A stretch of 64,000 nucleotides of DNA from Methanobacteriota archaeon (GCA_963805115.1 CAWDSY010000010.1:51464-115463); one strand, 5' to 3'. Positions 30,845 through 41,657 are shown, counted from the first letter of the stretch. Notes: a model not told the origin generated them from the sequence alone. A program made the numbers and translations.

Positions 30845-31330
30845 ATGAAAACACTCGTAGCCTATTACTCGCGAACGGGAAACACGAAAAAGGTCGCCGA
30901 AGCGCTTGCTGAAAGCCTCAACGCCGACATTGAAGCGATCGTGTCCGACACGAAAGCCAAGGGCATGGGAAGGTTGGCGATGCAGGCATTCCTGCGGGTC
31001 CACGCGAAAATCGCGCAAACGACGAACAACGCCGCGTCCTATGATGTGGTAGTCATCGGCAGTCCTGTGTGGGCGGGGAAAATGTCCAGCCCGATACGAA
31101 CGTATCTTGCACAAAACAAAGACAAGTTCACCAGCGTCGCCTTCTTTTGCACGCACGGAAACCCACGCAGCGAGGGCAGTGCAAAGATGCTCGAAAGCAT
31201 GGAAATACTTTCCGGAAAAAAGGCGGCGGCGGTGCTTGACGTTGCGGCTAACGACGTGGAAAGCGGGGAGTACGTCGAGAAGGCGAAGCGCTTTGCAGCC
31301 GCGCTTCTGGAATTACCTGCTTCGCCATAG
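30845..31330 (+). CDS. flavodoxin family protein
   Basis: VAYYSRTGNTKKVAE, YDVVVIGSPVWAG, VAFFCTHG. Confidence 0.9.
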   Translation: MKTLVAYYSRTGNTKKVAEALAESLNADIEAIVSDTKAKGMGRLAMQAFLRVHAKIAQTTNNAASYDVVVIGSPVWAGKMSSPIRTYLAQNKDKFTSVAFFCTHGNPRSEGSAKMLESMEILSGKKAAAVLDVAANDVESGEYVEKAKRFAAALLELPASP

Positions 31331-32032
31331 TCAGGCGCTACGGCCCAAGCCATCCGGTCGCTTGAACACAACGCTCAGCAACACGCCTGAGATGATCAGC
31401 ACGATGCAGTTTATCGTGATGACTGCCACCTCAAACGTAACAACGGCATAGCCCAGCAGAGAGAGGCCGACAAACGATCCGACCGCTACGACAAAACTCG
31501 CGACGAACAGCCATCGCAGAGCGCGCTCAAGCCTTCCCCCGGCAAAAACAGCGGCGGCAAAGACGAACGCGCCGTTCATCATGAGGTACGCGAGACTTTC
31601 GAGACTAACGACGAACCCGTGAGGGTTGTACTGCGTGAACAGAGCGAGGCCGGCCGTCTCGCCGCTCAAGATGCTCGGTTCTACTACGGTCCATTGAATG
31701 AAGTAGTCTGTAGTGATCACGGCCGCATAGACCACCGCGAATGAGAGGGCGATCTGACTGAATACCTTCCTGTCATCGGCCGCGTAGGAGTGGATGCACG
31801 CCACGAGCACGACGAAGGTCGGTGCCAGCAGAAATGCCGGATACATCCAGAGATAATCGTTGGGAACGAATGAGGCTACATAGGGATAAGGGATAGATCG
31901 CACCGGGGTCGCGATACCGACCGCGAAAAATGCCGCGGCGAATACCGCGGTTAGGACCGCCGACCAGAATCCAAGCCGGCGCACGGCTGTGTTGGCGTTC
32001 GGACTATCGGTTGCGGCAACCCGATTCGTCAA
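31331..32032 (-). CDS. hypothetical multi-pass membrane protein
   Basis: About six TM segments; probable TTG start overlapping the upstream stop (TTGA). Confidence 0.75.
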   Translation of the reverse strand: MTNRVAATDSPNANTAVRRLGFWSAVLTAVFAAAFFAVGIATPVRSIPYPYVASFVPNDYLWMYPAFLLAPTFVVLVACIHSYAADDRKVFSQIALSFAVVYAAVITTDYFIQWTVVEPSILSGETAGLALFTQYNPHGFVVSLESLAYLMMNGAFVFAAAVFAGGRLERALRWLFVASFVVAVGSFVGLSLLGYAVVTFEVAVITINCIVLIISGVLLSVVFKRPDGLGRSA

Positions 32033-32646
32033 TTCGCGCCATCTCCTGCTTTCAGCAATTGGGCGAAATGTTCCGTAAACGTCTGAATTTGGTCCCAATC
32101 TCGCAGATCGTTCCGAGCGCCTTCCGTCAGGTGGATGCCCGTATCTTTGACCATCTGTTTTGCCGCCATACCGAGCATTCGCTTGTCGAGGAAGCCCATT
32201 GGCGCCGAGGAGGAGAGGTCTAAAACTCCGCCAAAGGCGTCATACATATCCACTTCTGCTTTGATTCCGAGATCTGCCACGATCTTCTCTACGTACCTGT
32301 CCTTTGCCTCCGCATGGCCTTCAGGCGTTGACGCGGATCCACAGCTCACAAAAACGCCTACTACCAGTCCTTTCGCTTTGAGCGCTTTGAGCTCGTCCGC
32401 GTGCTTTTTGAGAAAAGTCGTTGTGTCTCCAACCCATCGAAACATCTTGATCCCCGAGCCGACGAGGATGCCGTCGAACGACGCTAATGCGGGCCATTCC
32501 TTTTGCTTCGTGTGTCTAAGATCGAGTAGCTGTGTTTCTAGCCCTTCTTTTTCTAAGATCTGCACCATTGCGCGTGCGATCTCATCGGTGCTTCCATAAC
32601 GGCTTCCATAGGCGATTAATACTCTTTTCGGCATACGCCTCACCAA
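32029..32646 (-). CDS. flavodoxin-domain protein (HemG/Flavodoxin_5-like)
   Basis: LIAYGSRYGSTDEIA, FDGILVGSGI, AFGGVLD, DLRDWDQI. Confidence 0.88.
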   Translation of the reverse strand: MVRRMPKRVLIAYGSRYGSTDEIARAMVQILEKEGLETQLLDLRHTKQKEWPALASFDGILVGSGIKMFRWVGDTTTFLKKHADELKALKAKGLVVGVFVSCGSASTPEGHAEAKDRYVEKIVADLGIKAEVDMYDAFGGVLDLSSSAPMGFLDKRMLGMAAKQMVKDTGIHLTEGARNDLRDWDQIQTFTEHFAQLLKAGDGAN

Positions 32647-32998
32647 TTGATCCTGGAAACTCGCGTGTCGTACAATAAAGCTTGTTCTTTTGACGTGTTT
32701 TAACGGTGATCAACGCTTGTCTTGACCTTCGAGTTGGTGTTTGTCCGTTCACATCTCAAGAACGCAACGACACAACAACAAAGGAAGTTCAAACCGAGGA
32801 GATGACAAAGCTGCTTAGGTCCTGGATTGCTCTCCCCACTTTTTAGCCGCATGCAGTTGAGAATGTGCCGGTTGATCAACTCGTTTCTTCACCCTGCCGC
32901 GCTCGCAGACGCTCACTAAAGGGCAGCAAACGCTTATGGGTATTAGGATGCCACTCCTTCCCACCCTAAAACAACTCCGGGTTTTGGAGGGGCTTTAA

Positions 32999-33436
32999 AT
33001 GAGTGTTGAGGAAAACAAGCGATTGATGATAACGTTGGATGATTCTTGGAACAGCCAGGACTGGGACACGTTCAACAAACGGCACCACGAAGAAGTCGCC
33101 GTGTACTGGCCAGGGCAACCCGAACCGACTAGAGGACTAGAGGCGCACCAAGCAGAAGCTGAGCAATTCTTCAAGACCTTTCCCGACAACCGTGTGGGGA
33201 ACCGCCCATATCTAGTGCTCTTTGGTGAGGGCGACTGGACGTGTTCGATTGCCAATTTCACCGGCACGATGACCGGCCCCATGGCAGGCCCTGACGGGAC
33301 AACCATTCAATCCACAAACAAGAAATTTCAAGTCGAGTTTTGCACGGTCGCCCACTGGAATGAGAAGGGCGAGATCGTCGAAGAGAAACTCTTCTATGAT
33401 TTGGTCGGGCTAATGCGACAAATTGGCCTTATGTGA
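32999..33436 (+). CDS. SnoaL-like ester cyclase / NTF2-fold protein
   Basis: LDDSWNSQDW, FFKTFPD, FGEGDWTC, FTGTMTGP, EEKLFYD; SD GGAGG. Confidence 0.88.
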   Translation: MSVEENKRLMITLDDSWNSQDWDTFNKRHHEEVAVYWPGQPEPTRGLEAHQAEAEQFFKTFPDNRVGNRPYLVLFGEGDWTCSIANFTGTMTGPMAGPDGTTIQSTNKKFQVEFCTVAHWNEKGEIVEEKLFYDLVGLMRQIGLM

Positions 33437-33580
33437 GGACACCTCAATTGGATAAATAGCGAAATTTGACGGCACCGCTACACGTGCTCAAGGAAAGAGG
33501 CCACATTAGAGGGTCCGCTGTGCCAGAAGGTCTGTCGATATCAGCTTGATCGTTAGTGCAGCATTATTTGAGGGAGAACC

Positions 33581-34423
33581 GTGTCTGCAGACGAACTGCC
33601 TACCCTATTTGTATCGCACGGCGCCCCCACTCTGCCCCTCGAAAACGTCCCGGCGCGACAGTTCTTGGCCACGCTCGGAAACCGATACCGGAACGTGCAC
33701 GCGATTCTATGCGTATCTGCCCACTGGAATACGTCACGACCTGCTGTTAACGCCGTAGAAGTGCCCGAAACGATCCATGATTTTTACGGGTTCCCCTCTG
33801 AACTCTACCGGCTCCGGTACGACGCGCGCGGTTCACCTGACCTTGCCGGACGGGTGGCTGATCTTGTTCACGGCGCTGGCTTAAGCTGCGACGTTGACCG
33901 CCGTCGTGGCCTTGACCACGGCGCGTGGGTGCCGCTGATGCGCATGTTTCCCAACGCGGACGTCCCCGTCGTGCAGCTCTCCATCCAGCGTCACTTAGAT
34001 CCCGCGCAGCACCTGGCGCTTGGTGCAGCCATTGCACCGCTCCGGGATGATGGCGTTCTCATCCTCGGCAGCGGTGGCGCCGTTCACCCACTCGGCTACG
34101 CGGGGGCATCGCTGGGCGAAGGTGCAGCCACCGATGATTGGGCCCTCCACTTCAGCGGCTGGCTGACCGACACGGTGACTCGGGGCGACCGCGCCAGCCT
34201 TGTGAACTATCGGGAGTGTGGCCCATATGCTGAACGTGCTCACCCGTACCCCGATCAATTCATGCCGCTGCTTGTGGCGTTTGGGGCGGCAGGGGACGAG
34301 GGGCGCGGCACGGTCCTCCATGACAGCTGTACTGGGGCGACTAAGGCATGGATGCGTATGCGTTTGACTCTGATCGACCATGACGCGCGTGGCGCCGCTC
34401 TTCGGTCAACGCCGGAACTTTAG
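33581..34423 (+). CDS. class III extradiol dioxygenase (DODA/LigB family); C-terminus frameshifted near 34330
   Basis: LFVSHGAP, SAHW, TIHDFYGFP, GLDHGAWVPL, GSGGAVH, AHPYPDQFMPL; expected tail YWGD.GMDAYAF lies in another frame with a TAA. Confidence 0.85.
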   Translation: MSADELPTLFVSHGAPTLPLENVPARQFLATLGNRYRNVHAILCVSAHWNTSRPAVNAVEVPETIHDFYGFPSELYRLRYDARGSPDLAGRVADLVHGAGLSCDVDRRRGLDHGAWVPLMRMFPNADVPVVQLSIQRHLDPAQHLALGAAIAPLRDDGVLILGSGGAVHPLGYAGASLGEGAATDDWALHFSGWLTDTVTRGDRASLVNYRECGPYAERAHPYPDQFMPLLVAFGAAGDEGRGTVLHDSCTGATKAWMRMRLTLIDHDARGAALRSTPEL

Positions 34424-34750
34424 AGCACTCCGTATATTCTGAGCACAATAAGAACCAAAGCGACGGCGCTCCACCACTTTATAAGATCATCAAGCGAAGG
34501 CTTCACAGCTCTACGTTACCCGCCACACCAAAAAGGCATTGGTGCTGAAATGATAAGCTGCCGTCTACCATCACTAATATGCGAAGGTGAGCGTCCGGAA
34601 CGAAATCCCGGATGGCACTGGCCATTTCTAAGAAATGGGCCCCTGCTACACTGTATGGCAGAGCTAGGCGTTCTCTGAGCTTTGCAGGATAGTTCGTGAG
34701 AGACATGCAGGGACGACATCTTTAAACGTGGCTGCTCGGATATCTATGCA

Positions 34751-36097
34751 ATGACATGCCGGTGGGCGCGATCAAGCGTTAAGAGATGGGCCTTGGTCGC
34801 AATCACTCTTGTCCTTCTACTGCCCGCAAAGAGCGTTTTTGCGCAAAGCGCAAGTGTCAGCAGCCCTCGAAGCACAGTTGCTCAAACCGCCACTGCTGCG
34901 AATACCACCCCTATCCAGCACATCATCGTGCTGTTTCAAGAGAACCATCCTTTCGATAATTACTTTGGGACCTACCCCGGGGCAAACGGACTAAATGAGA
35001 GCATAGCGCTCCCGACCACGAAGGGGTCTAACGTGACCGTCAGCCCGTTTCACCTGACGACCTCAAACCTTACCAATCTCAGAAATTCCCAGTTTGACGC
35101 TCACGAGGCGTACGATAACGGGAAGATGGACAGCTTCGTGTACGCGGTAAACACCTGCGACACCATGGGCCATTACGATTCTCGTGATATTCCTTATTAC
35201 TGGGATTATGCCTCCAAGTTCGTCCTTATGGACAACTTCTTCTCCTCCATGATGGGCCCGAGTCTGCCTAATCACCTGTACCTGATCGCTGGCCAGTCAG
35301 GCAACCTCACTGACGACTCGTTCCCCGCCTCTTCTCTGAACTTTCCGACGATAATGGACGAACTCGACAGCCACAGCCTCTCGTGGAAGTACTACTCCGG
35401 GACGCCTGGAACCTTCACCACGCCAACCGTGTACGACCCCCTCCCCGCATTCGAATCGTTCAAGACGAATGCTTCGATGATGCAGCACCTCGCCCCGCAC
35501 GATGCGTTCCTGACCGATCTGAAAAACGGCTCCCTCTCGAACGTGACCTGGGTGATGCCAAAAGCGGGCCAAACTGAGGAGGCACCAGAGAACATTACCG
35601 TGGGAGAGCTCTCTATTGTATCAGAGATCAATGCAGTAATGCAAAGCCCGTACTGGAATTCGACCGCCATTTTCGTCACTTGGGATGATTGGGGTGGATT
35701 TTACGACCACGTCGCTCCACTGCAGGTCGATTCGCTTGGTCTTGGGTTCAGAGTGCCGTGCCTTGTCATCAGTCCGTATGCAAAAGAAGGGTTTGTCGAT
35801 CATACTCAAGGGGAATTCAGTTCGATCCTCAAGTTCATCGAGACGGACTACTCGCTGCCCCCGCTCACCGCGCGCGATGCGGCAACAAGTAACATGCTCG
35901 AAGCGTTCAATTTTTCACAGACCCCCCGTGCGTCACTCGTCCTTCCCGGCCCGTACGTAGCTGATCAATATCCGCTGACGCTCGCAGGCAGCCAAGCGGC
36001 GCCAGCAGATTACGCGTGGGTGGCTGTCGCCGCGGTGATCGCGGTCTCCGCTCTTGCCAGCCTCCTCATTGCTTTTAGACAAACAAAACGACGGTAA
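34751..36097 (+). CDS. exported phosphoesterase (phospholipase C/acid phosphatase AcpA family) with C-terminal membrane anchor
   Basis: [38 protein letters not shown]; signal peptide; TM plus RQTKRR tail. Confidence 0.9.
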   Translation: MTCRWARSSVKRWALVAITLVLLLPAKSVFAQSASVSSPRSTVAQTATAANTTPIQHIIVLFQENHPFDNYFGTYPGANGLNESIALPTTKGSNVTVSPFHLTTSNLTNLRNSQFDAHEAYDNGKMDSFVYAVNTCDTMGHYDSRDIPYYWDYASKFVLMDNFFSSMMGPSLPNHLYLIAGQSGNLTDDSFPASSLNFPTIMDELDSHSLSWKYYSGTPGTFTTPTVYDPLPAFESFKTNASMMQHLAPHDAFLTDLKNGSLSNVTWVMPKAGQTEEAPENITVGELSIVSEINAVMQSPYWNSTAIFVTWDDWGGFYDHVAPLQVDSLGLGFRVPCLVISPYAKEGFVDHTQGEFSSILKFIETDYSLPPLTARDAATSNMLEAFNFSQTPRASLVLPGPYVADQYPLTLAGSQAAPADYAWVAVAAVIAVSALASLLIAFRQTKRR

Positions 36098-36320
36098 CCT
36101 CAAGGGTAACACGGCCGTTCGCATCTCCCCCCCAGACCGCTCGAGAGACTGAATTTTCGCGACGGACCTGGGCGCTTGCGACGCTGCCCTGAGCATGATG
36201 CTTCCGAGCGCAGTTTTTGCGGTACGGCGTTGCGGCTTTCGCCATCGCTGATCCTGCGACGGCGTCGCACCAATTCGTCAACTATATTACGGGAATGCGC
36301 CATTTCCTCTAAGCAGGTCG

Positions 36321-36902
36321 TTGAACGCCACAGGAGGGACGCCCGTGTTAAGCAGACTCAAAGACTCCGTCGATAGGCTTCTCTCACGACCGGCGAATCT
36401 CCTCGTCGGTCTCGGCGTCACCCCCAATATGCTTACCCTCGCCGGCCTTGCGATCGGCGTCTTCGCTGGAATCGTTCTTGCCCTCGGGTTCTTCGCCGCG
36501 GGCGGCGTTCTTATCCTCGTAACCGGCTTTGTCGACATGCTCGACGGCGCCGTGGCGCGCAACCGACGCGCCGCAACGACCTTCGGCGCCACCTTCGACT
36601 CCATATCTGATCGCTACGTCGATTGCATCGTGTTACTCGGTCTTGGCATCGCTGGCGTCAACTGGATCTACGTCGGCGCCGCCCTTATGGGCTCCCTCCT
36701 CGTGAGCTACGTTCGCGCGAAAGGTGAAGGAATGGGATTTCATTGCACCGCCGGCGTCGCCGAACGAAGCGAACGGCTCATCATCCTCGCCATAGGACTG
36801 CTCGTTGGATTGGCTGAACCAGCAGTGCTCCTTGTCGCAATCCTCGCGCAATTCACCGCGCTGTGGCGCGTGGGCCTCCTGCTTAGGCGAGCGACTCACT
36901 GA
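36321..36902 (+). CDS. CDP-alcohol phosphatidyltransferase (archaetidylinositol-phosphate synthase-like)
   Basis: DMLDGAVAR...FGATFDSISDR motif; SYVRAKGE; ERSER. Confidence 0.9.
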   Translation: MNATGGTPVLSRLKDSVDRLLSRPANLLVGLGVTPNMLTLAGLAIGVFAGIVLALGFFAAGGVLILVTGFVDMLDGAVARNRRAATTFGATFDSISDRYVDCIVLLGLGIAGVNWIYVGAALMGSLLVSYVRAKGEGMGFHCTAGVAERSERLIILAIGLLVGLAEPAVLLVAILAQFTALWRVGLLLRRATH

Positions 36903-37032
36903 CTGCCAAGGCGAGCCGCTTCATGTGCGCTTGATACGCAAAATAGACTCACGTGGCCGGCTCTACACTCTCGTCGAAGGCATTAATCGATTCAAACGCG
37001 ACAATAGCGGTCGCGCGCTCACACGCGATTTG

Positions 37033-37731
37033 TCAGCTTAGTATCCGCTTGGCCGCTTCTTCGTACGCCGTTATCAAATCGCCGCGCTCGTAGCGGAAAA
37101 CGTCCTTATCAACCGACTCGCCCGAGTCCTTCAGCCACAGGCGACAGGTATCGCAGCTTATCTCGTCTGCAACGAGGATCTTCCCATCGCTTCCCTTTCC
37201 AAACTCCAGCTTAAAGTCGGGAAGCAGCAACCCTCGCCGATTTAAATGGTCCTTCAAGATCGTGTTCACGCGTAACGTCAGCTCACGAATGGTCACCAGC
37301 TCCTTCTCGGTGGCGAGGCGTAACGCGCGTATGAGGTCATCGTTGAGCATCGGATCACCATACGCATCAGACTTGAAGTCGATAACGAGCACGGGAGGGA
37401 TTAACTTCTGCCCTTCCTTGAAGGGATACCTGCGCACGAGTGATCCCGCGGCGATGTTTCGAGCGATGATTTCGAGCGGTATAATGTCCACCGCCTTTAC
37501 GAGCATCCGCGTATCGTCCACCATCCCTTTGTAGTGCGTCGCGATCCCTCGCTGCTCTAAAAGCTGAAAGAGCCGTGCGGAAATTCTCGCGTTGAAGTAG
37601 CCCTTCTGAGGCACGGTCCGTTTCCGTTTCCCGTTGAAAGCCGTTATGTCATCGCGAAACTCGATGATGTACTCCTCGGCGTCCTCGGTGCGGTACACGG
37701 TTTTTGCTTTACCAATATGAACGATATCCAT
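37033..37731 (-). CDS. purC: phosphoribosylaminoimidazole-succinocarboxamide synthase
   Basis: GKAKTVY, FRDDITAFNG, RNIAAGS, DFKLEFG, ADEISCDTCRLW, DKDVFR. Confidence 0.96.
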   Translation of the reverse strand: MDIVHIGKAKTVYRTEDAEEYIIEFRDDITAFNGKRKRTVPQKGYFNARISARLFQLLEQRGIATHYKGMVDDTRMLVKAVDIIPLEIIARNIAAGSLVRRYPFKEGQKLIPPVLVIDFKSDAYGDPMLNDDLIRALRLATEKELVTIRELTLRVNTILKDHLNRRGLLLPDFKLEFGKGSDGKILVADEISCDTCRLWLKDSGESVDKDVFRYERGDLITAYEEAAKRILS

Positions 37732-37735
37732 AGCG

Positions 37736-38821
37736 TCACCCGTCCCTTGTCTCGCCTGTCGTTTTTCGTCGGAACCCGCGCTCGTCAGCCAGCGCCCCGA
37801 TGAGTGGAGCGAGCACCTCGCTGTACCATCCGGCACGCACGTACTGCGGGTAGATCGGCAACCGCTCGGTGAGCGCAATGCCGAGGTCCGCCAGATCCGG
37901 CCAGGCGTGCTCCGGATTAATGTAGTCGACCGTCACGGTCGAAATCCCGCCGAGGTCGGACGCCCCCACGCCGAGAAGCGGGGCCACCTCGGTGAGGTTG
38001 GGCGGCACTTGAACCGCGACATCATCAGGGAGGAGATGACGCGCCAGCGCGACCGTGCGGAGGAGCACCTCGCGACTCGGGCTAGGAACGTCGGCCATCC
38101 GCGTGCCCGGCTTCGGCGCGAACGGCTGGATAATGACCTCCTGGATGTGCCGGTATCTGTGCTGTAGCTCCGCGAGAAGTTCTAGCGAGCGGATGCGATC
38201 GCCCCAGTCTTCTCCTATGCCTATGAGGAGACCTGTGGTAAACGGAATGTGGAGCTTGCCGGCATCCTCAATAGTCCAGACTCGAAGTTCGGGCTCTTTG
38301 CCAGCACAGCCCTGGTGCGCGTCAACTGAGGCCGTCGTCTCAAGCATCAGTCCCATGCTCGCATTTACGGCTTTTAGCCGCTCGAGCTCGTCAAAGGTGA
38401 GAATGCCCGGATTGCTGTGCGGGAGCAGTCCGACGCGAATTGCCATCGTGCAGAGGTCATAGAGATAGTCAAGAAAGCTCTCGTAGCCGAGCCTCCGAAG
38501 CTTCTCGACAAAACCGTCGACCTCATACGGACGTTCACCAAAAGTGAGCAGCGCCTCAGTGCAATCCGCATCCTTGGCCTTCCGCAGCATGGTCTCCACC
38601 TCTGCAGGCGCCATCAGCTGTGCCTCAGCGTCGCCGATGTCCCGCCGGAACCCACAGTAGCCGCACGCGTTGCGACAGATGTTGGTCACAGGCACAAAGA
38701 CGTTGCGCGAGAACGTGACGCGTGCCGGAAGAGTAAACACGAGCGTCTCCAAAGGCGCACTGATGATGTCTGCGGTGCTCATGTGCTCAAGCGACATAAA
38801 AAGCGAGGCCGTTTTTACCAC
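37736..38821 (-). CDS. cofG: FO synthase subunit 1 (radical SAM)
   Basis: TFSRNVFVPVTNICRNACGYCGF, LPHSNPG, SMGLMLE, VQVPPNL, DYINPEHAWP. Confidence 0.95.
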   Translation of the reverse strand: MVKTASLFMSLEHMSTADIISAPLETLVFTLPARVTFSRNVFVPVTNICRNACGYCGFRRDIGDAEAQLMAPAEVETMLRKAKDADCTEALLTFGERPYEVDGFVEKLRRLGYESFLDYLYDLCTMAIRVGLLPHSNPGILTFDELERLKAVNASMGLMLETTASVDAHQGCAGKEPELRVWTIEDAGKLHIPFTTGLLIGIGEDWGDRIRSLELLAELQHRYRHIQEVIIQPFAPKPGTRMADVPSPSREVLLRTVALARHLLPDDVAVQVPPNLTEVAPLLGVGASDLGGISTVTVDYINPEHAWPDLADLGIALTERLPIYPQYVRAGWYSEVLAPLIGALADERGFRRKTTGETRDG

Positions 38822-38837
38822 TACATGACCGCGGTAA

Positions 38838-38848
38838 TATATAAATAA
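38838..38848. promoter_or_regulatory. AT-rich TATA element between divergent cofG and cofC
   Basis: ATATATAAATA in the short intergenic region. Confidence 0.5.
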
Positions 38849-38879
38849 CGGGGGCGCTTACGCCACCGGTGAGGCGACG

Positions 38880-39500
38880 ATGAACGCTGCAAACGCGGTA
38901 GTGCCGTTTAAGACGCGCGGAGCGAAGACACGGCTCGCGCCATTTCTCTCCCCGGCAGAACGCATGGCCTTTTCAAAGGCGATGCTGCACGACGTGCTCC
39001 GCGGCTTGAAGGGCACCGACGTGACGATTCTGGCGACCGAGGACTTCGATCCCGAGTGCGACTGGGCGCACGTGGAGCTCAACCGCCGCGATCTGAACAC
39101 CGCCATAAACGCCTACATCAGGCACGTGCGCGAGCCGACGCTCATCGTGATGTCCGACATCCCGCTCATCCAAGAGTGGCACGTGCGCGAGATGTACTCG
39201 GAGGGCGTCACGCTTGTCCCGGGGCGCGGAGGCGGCACCAACGCGATCTTCATGCGCGACCCCAGCCGCTTCAAGGTCGATTTTTACGAAGTGAGCTTCC
39301 TGAAGCACGTGGCCATCGCCAAACAGCGCGGCATTCCGTTAAAGATCCTCGATTCGTTTTACATGAGCACCGACATAGACAAGCCCGAAGATCTGGCCGA
39401 GGTGCTCGTCCACTGCCCCGGCGATTCGTGTGCGTACTTGCGCTCAATTGGCGTGCGGCTCAGCTACGGCAAGAGTCGCATCGCCGTCGAACGTGGCTAA
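38880..39500 (+). CDS. cofC: 2-phospho-L-lactate/PEP guanylyltransferase
   Basis: VVPFK..AKTRL, IVMSDIPL, GRGGGTNA, SFLKH, DIDKPEDL; adjacent to cofG. Confidence 0.95.
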   Translation: MNAANAVVPFKTRGAKTRLAPFLSPAERMAFSKAMLHDVLRGLKGTDVTILATEDFDPECDWAHVELNRRDLNTAINAYIRHVREPTLIVMSDIPLIQEWHVREMYSEGVTLVPGRGGGTNAIFMRDPSRFKVDFYEVSFLKHVAIAKQRGIPLKILDSFYMSTDIDKPEDLAEVLVHCPGDSCAYLRSIGVRLSYGKSRIAVERG

Positions 39501-39559
39501 TCGCTTCAAGAGCGCGCACGCTGCTCCCCCTAAAAACGAGTCGCTGTTTTAAGAAGCGA

Positions 39560-40474
39560 CTAAAAGACAGGCGTGAGCCACCGCATGTAGCGCGGATCGT
39601 TGCCGCGTGCCGCGTTGAAATACGCCTCTTTGAGCTCCTGCGTTATCGTGCCTGCCCCACCGTCACCGATAATGATCCCGTCGACGCTCGTTATGGGGGC
39701 CACTTCTCCCGCGGTACCGGTAAAGAAGAGTTCGTCCGCGGTGTAGAGCTCTGAGCGGCCAATCCTCCGCTCACGGACATCGTAACTGCGATCCGCACAG
39801 AGCGTGATGATCGCGTCTCGCGTAATCCCTTCGAGAATGTCATCCGAAACAGGTGGCGTGAGAACGCTGCCGTTGCGCACGAGAAACACGTTCTCGCCGC
39901 TTCCTTCCGACACGAAGCCGTCTTTGGTGAGCAGTATCGCCTCGTCGTACCCGTCTTGGACCGCCTCGACCTTTGCGAGCACGCTGTTGACGTAGGCGCC
40001 GGCGAACTTGCCCCTCGGGGGGAGCGCGTTGTCTGAGAGACGCGCCCATGAGCTCACACACACTTTTAGGCCCGCATCGATGTCGTCAAAGTACTTGCCC
40101 ATCGGTTCGACATAGATCGCGTAGTCGTTTGCCCTGCCATACGGATAGAGGCCGACGGTGCCGGCCCCCCAGTACACGATCGGTCGTATGTACACGTCCT
40201 CTTTAAGCGCGTTTTCACGCACGACGTCAATGACAGCGTCTGCGAATTCCTGCTTGGCGAGCGGCAGCGTGAGCCTGAGCACGCGTATATTGCGGTACAA
40301 TCGCTCGACGTGCTCCGTCAGTCGAACGATGAAGCTCTGCCCCTTCCCGTCGTTGTAGTACGCCCTTATGCCCTCAAAAACAGCAGTACCGTAGTGGAGG
40401 GCGTGCGTGCTAATATGCACCGTTGCGTGGTCCCACGCTACATACGCCCCGTTCATCAAAACTTTACGACTCAT
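39560..40474 (-). CDS. ilvE: branched-chain amino acid aminotransferase
   Basis: HALHYGTAVFEGIRAY, KFAGAYVNS, EGSGENVF, ILEGITR, FFTGTAGEV. Confidence 0.95.
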   Translation of the reverse strand: MSRKVLMNGAYVAWDHATVHISTHALHYGTAVFEGIRAYYNDGKGQSFIVRLTEHVERLYRNIRVLRLTLPLAKQEFADAVIDVVRENALKEDVYIRPIVYWGAGTVGLYPYGRANDYAIYVEPMGKYFDDIDAGLKVCVSSWARLSDNALPPRGKFAGAYVNSVLAKVEAVQDGYDEAILLTKDGFVSEGSGENVFLVRNGSVLTPPVSDDILEGITRDAIITLCADRSYDVRERRIGRSELYTADELFFTGTAGEVAPITSVDGIIIGDGGAGTITQELKEAYFNAARGNDPRYMRWLTPVF

Positions 40475-40579
40475 CCAAGACTCCTTTTGCAAATGATCGT
40501 CGGCATTTGATTTGGTGTGTTCTCCAATGCGCAACTACCCCATTTAAACCTTTTTTCTCGTGCGCGGCTATCAGATCAG

Positions 40580-40586
40580 TTATATA
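40580..40586 (+). promoter_or_regulatory. TATA box of the tRNA gene
   Basis: TTATATA ~25-30 nt upstream of the tRNA 5' end. Confidence 0.65.
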
Positions 40587-40611
40587 CCTGCCAACGCAAC
40601 TAGTAGTGCAC

Positions 40612-40685
40612 GGGCCTGTAGTATAGTCTGGATAGCACAGCGGCCTCCGGAGCCTCAAACCCGGGTTCAAATCCCGGCAGGCCCG
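40612..40685 (+). tRNA. tRNA-Arg(CCG), intron-less, CCA not encoded
   Basis: Acceptor GGGCCTG/CAGGCCC, anticodon loop CTCCGGA, T-arm CCGGG-TTCAAAT-CCCGG, discriminator G. Confidence 0.93.
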
Positions 40686-40765
40686 CTCTTGCTCGCGCGC
40701 CAGCGATTTTGCTGCTATGTGCGGCCAGACCGCCCGACTTTTACGTGGGAGCTCGTCACGCCAAG

Positions 40766-41473
40766 CTACTCTCGCTTAGTCGAACTGTTGCTCTGTCTAA
40801 TGCCTTCGAGGGCGCGACGCCTCACTTCAAGCCTCAGCACGTTAAACGGGACGTTGCAGAAGGGAAACAGTCGAATCTCTGTTATGTCGCGCGTTTTACG
40901 ATCGACGACGAACGGGAACTCCGCGCACACTGCGGGTCGATCGGCATAGACCCGGCATCGCCCGTCTTCTCCGAGAAACGCGCATGGCTGAGCTTTTTTT
41001 AGCGCGTACGTATAGCGAAGGTCGCGATCATCGACGTACGATACGCAGTGCTGCAAAACAAACTCGTCGAGCGACAGTTCAAGGTGCACGCGCAAGCGCT
41101 TCACGTCATCAGACGTCAGCCTGATGATCTCAAAGTAGCAACAGCCCGGCAGTGAACAATCAGCGCACAGGTGTCGCGACGAATGATCGTTCGCGCGAAG
41201 ATCGTCGAGCAGTCGTTCGGGTGACAACAAAAAGTGCCACCCCCCTTCACGTTCCCTGATACTCTGATCAACGATACTAAGTATGCGTTCGCTGGCGGGT
41301 GCCTCTGGCGCGTTAAGCCCCTCTGTCACCTTTGCCGCGAGCGTGCGCCGCAGGTCGTCCTTTCGTCCGGGCTCAAAGAGACTCCCGTACGACTCGTACG
41401 TCGCCGCGCCGCGAGACGCACGGTTTTTGGCCCACCGATCTGCGTCACCTACTCGCTGCCGTTTCGTCACCAA
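40766..41473 (-). CDS. YkgJ family cysteine-cluster protein
   Basis: CADC...GCC, PCAFL, CRVYADRPAVCAEFPF. Confidence 0.85.
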   Translation of the reverse strand: MVTKRQRVGDADRWAKNRASRGAATYESYGSLFEPGRKDDLRRTLAAKVTEGLNAPEAPASERILSIVDQSIREREGGWHFLLSPERLLDDLRANDHSSRHLCADCSLPGCCYFEIIRLTSDDVKRLRVHLELSLDEFVLQHCVSYVDDRDLRYTYALKKAQPCAFLGEDGRCRVYADRPAVCAEFPFVVDRKTRDITEIRLFPFCNVPFNVLRLEVRRRALEGIRQSNSSTKRE

Positions 41474-41657
41474 CTGGTCATCGCTCCCCGAGATCCGCAG
41501 TGACGATCTTTCACCGCACCTTTATAGAGCTTCCCACGCAGCCACGGGTCAGCCGGCAGAGCTGAACGCGTACTTCGCGCAGAGTCATCCCAACGAAGGC
41601 TAGCTAAAGCCCCTTTTTCGTAAGAAACCTATTAATGCTAGTATGCGCTCTTGTAGA

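Noticed and set aside
40686-41600. tRNA as an integration site of a mobile element
   Set aside because: No integrase and no duplicated tRNA 3' end seen in the window.
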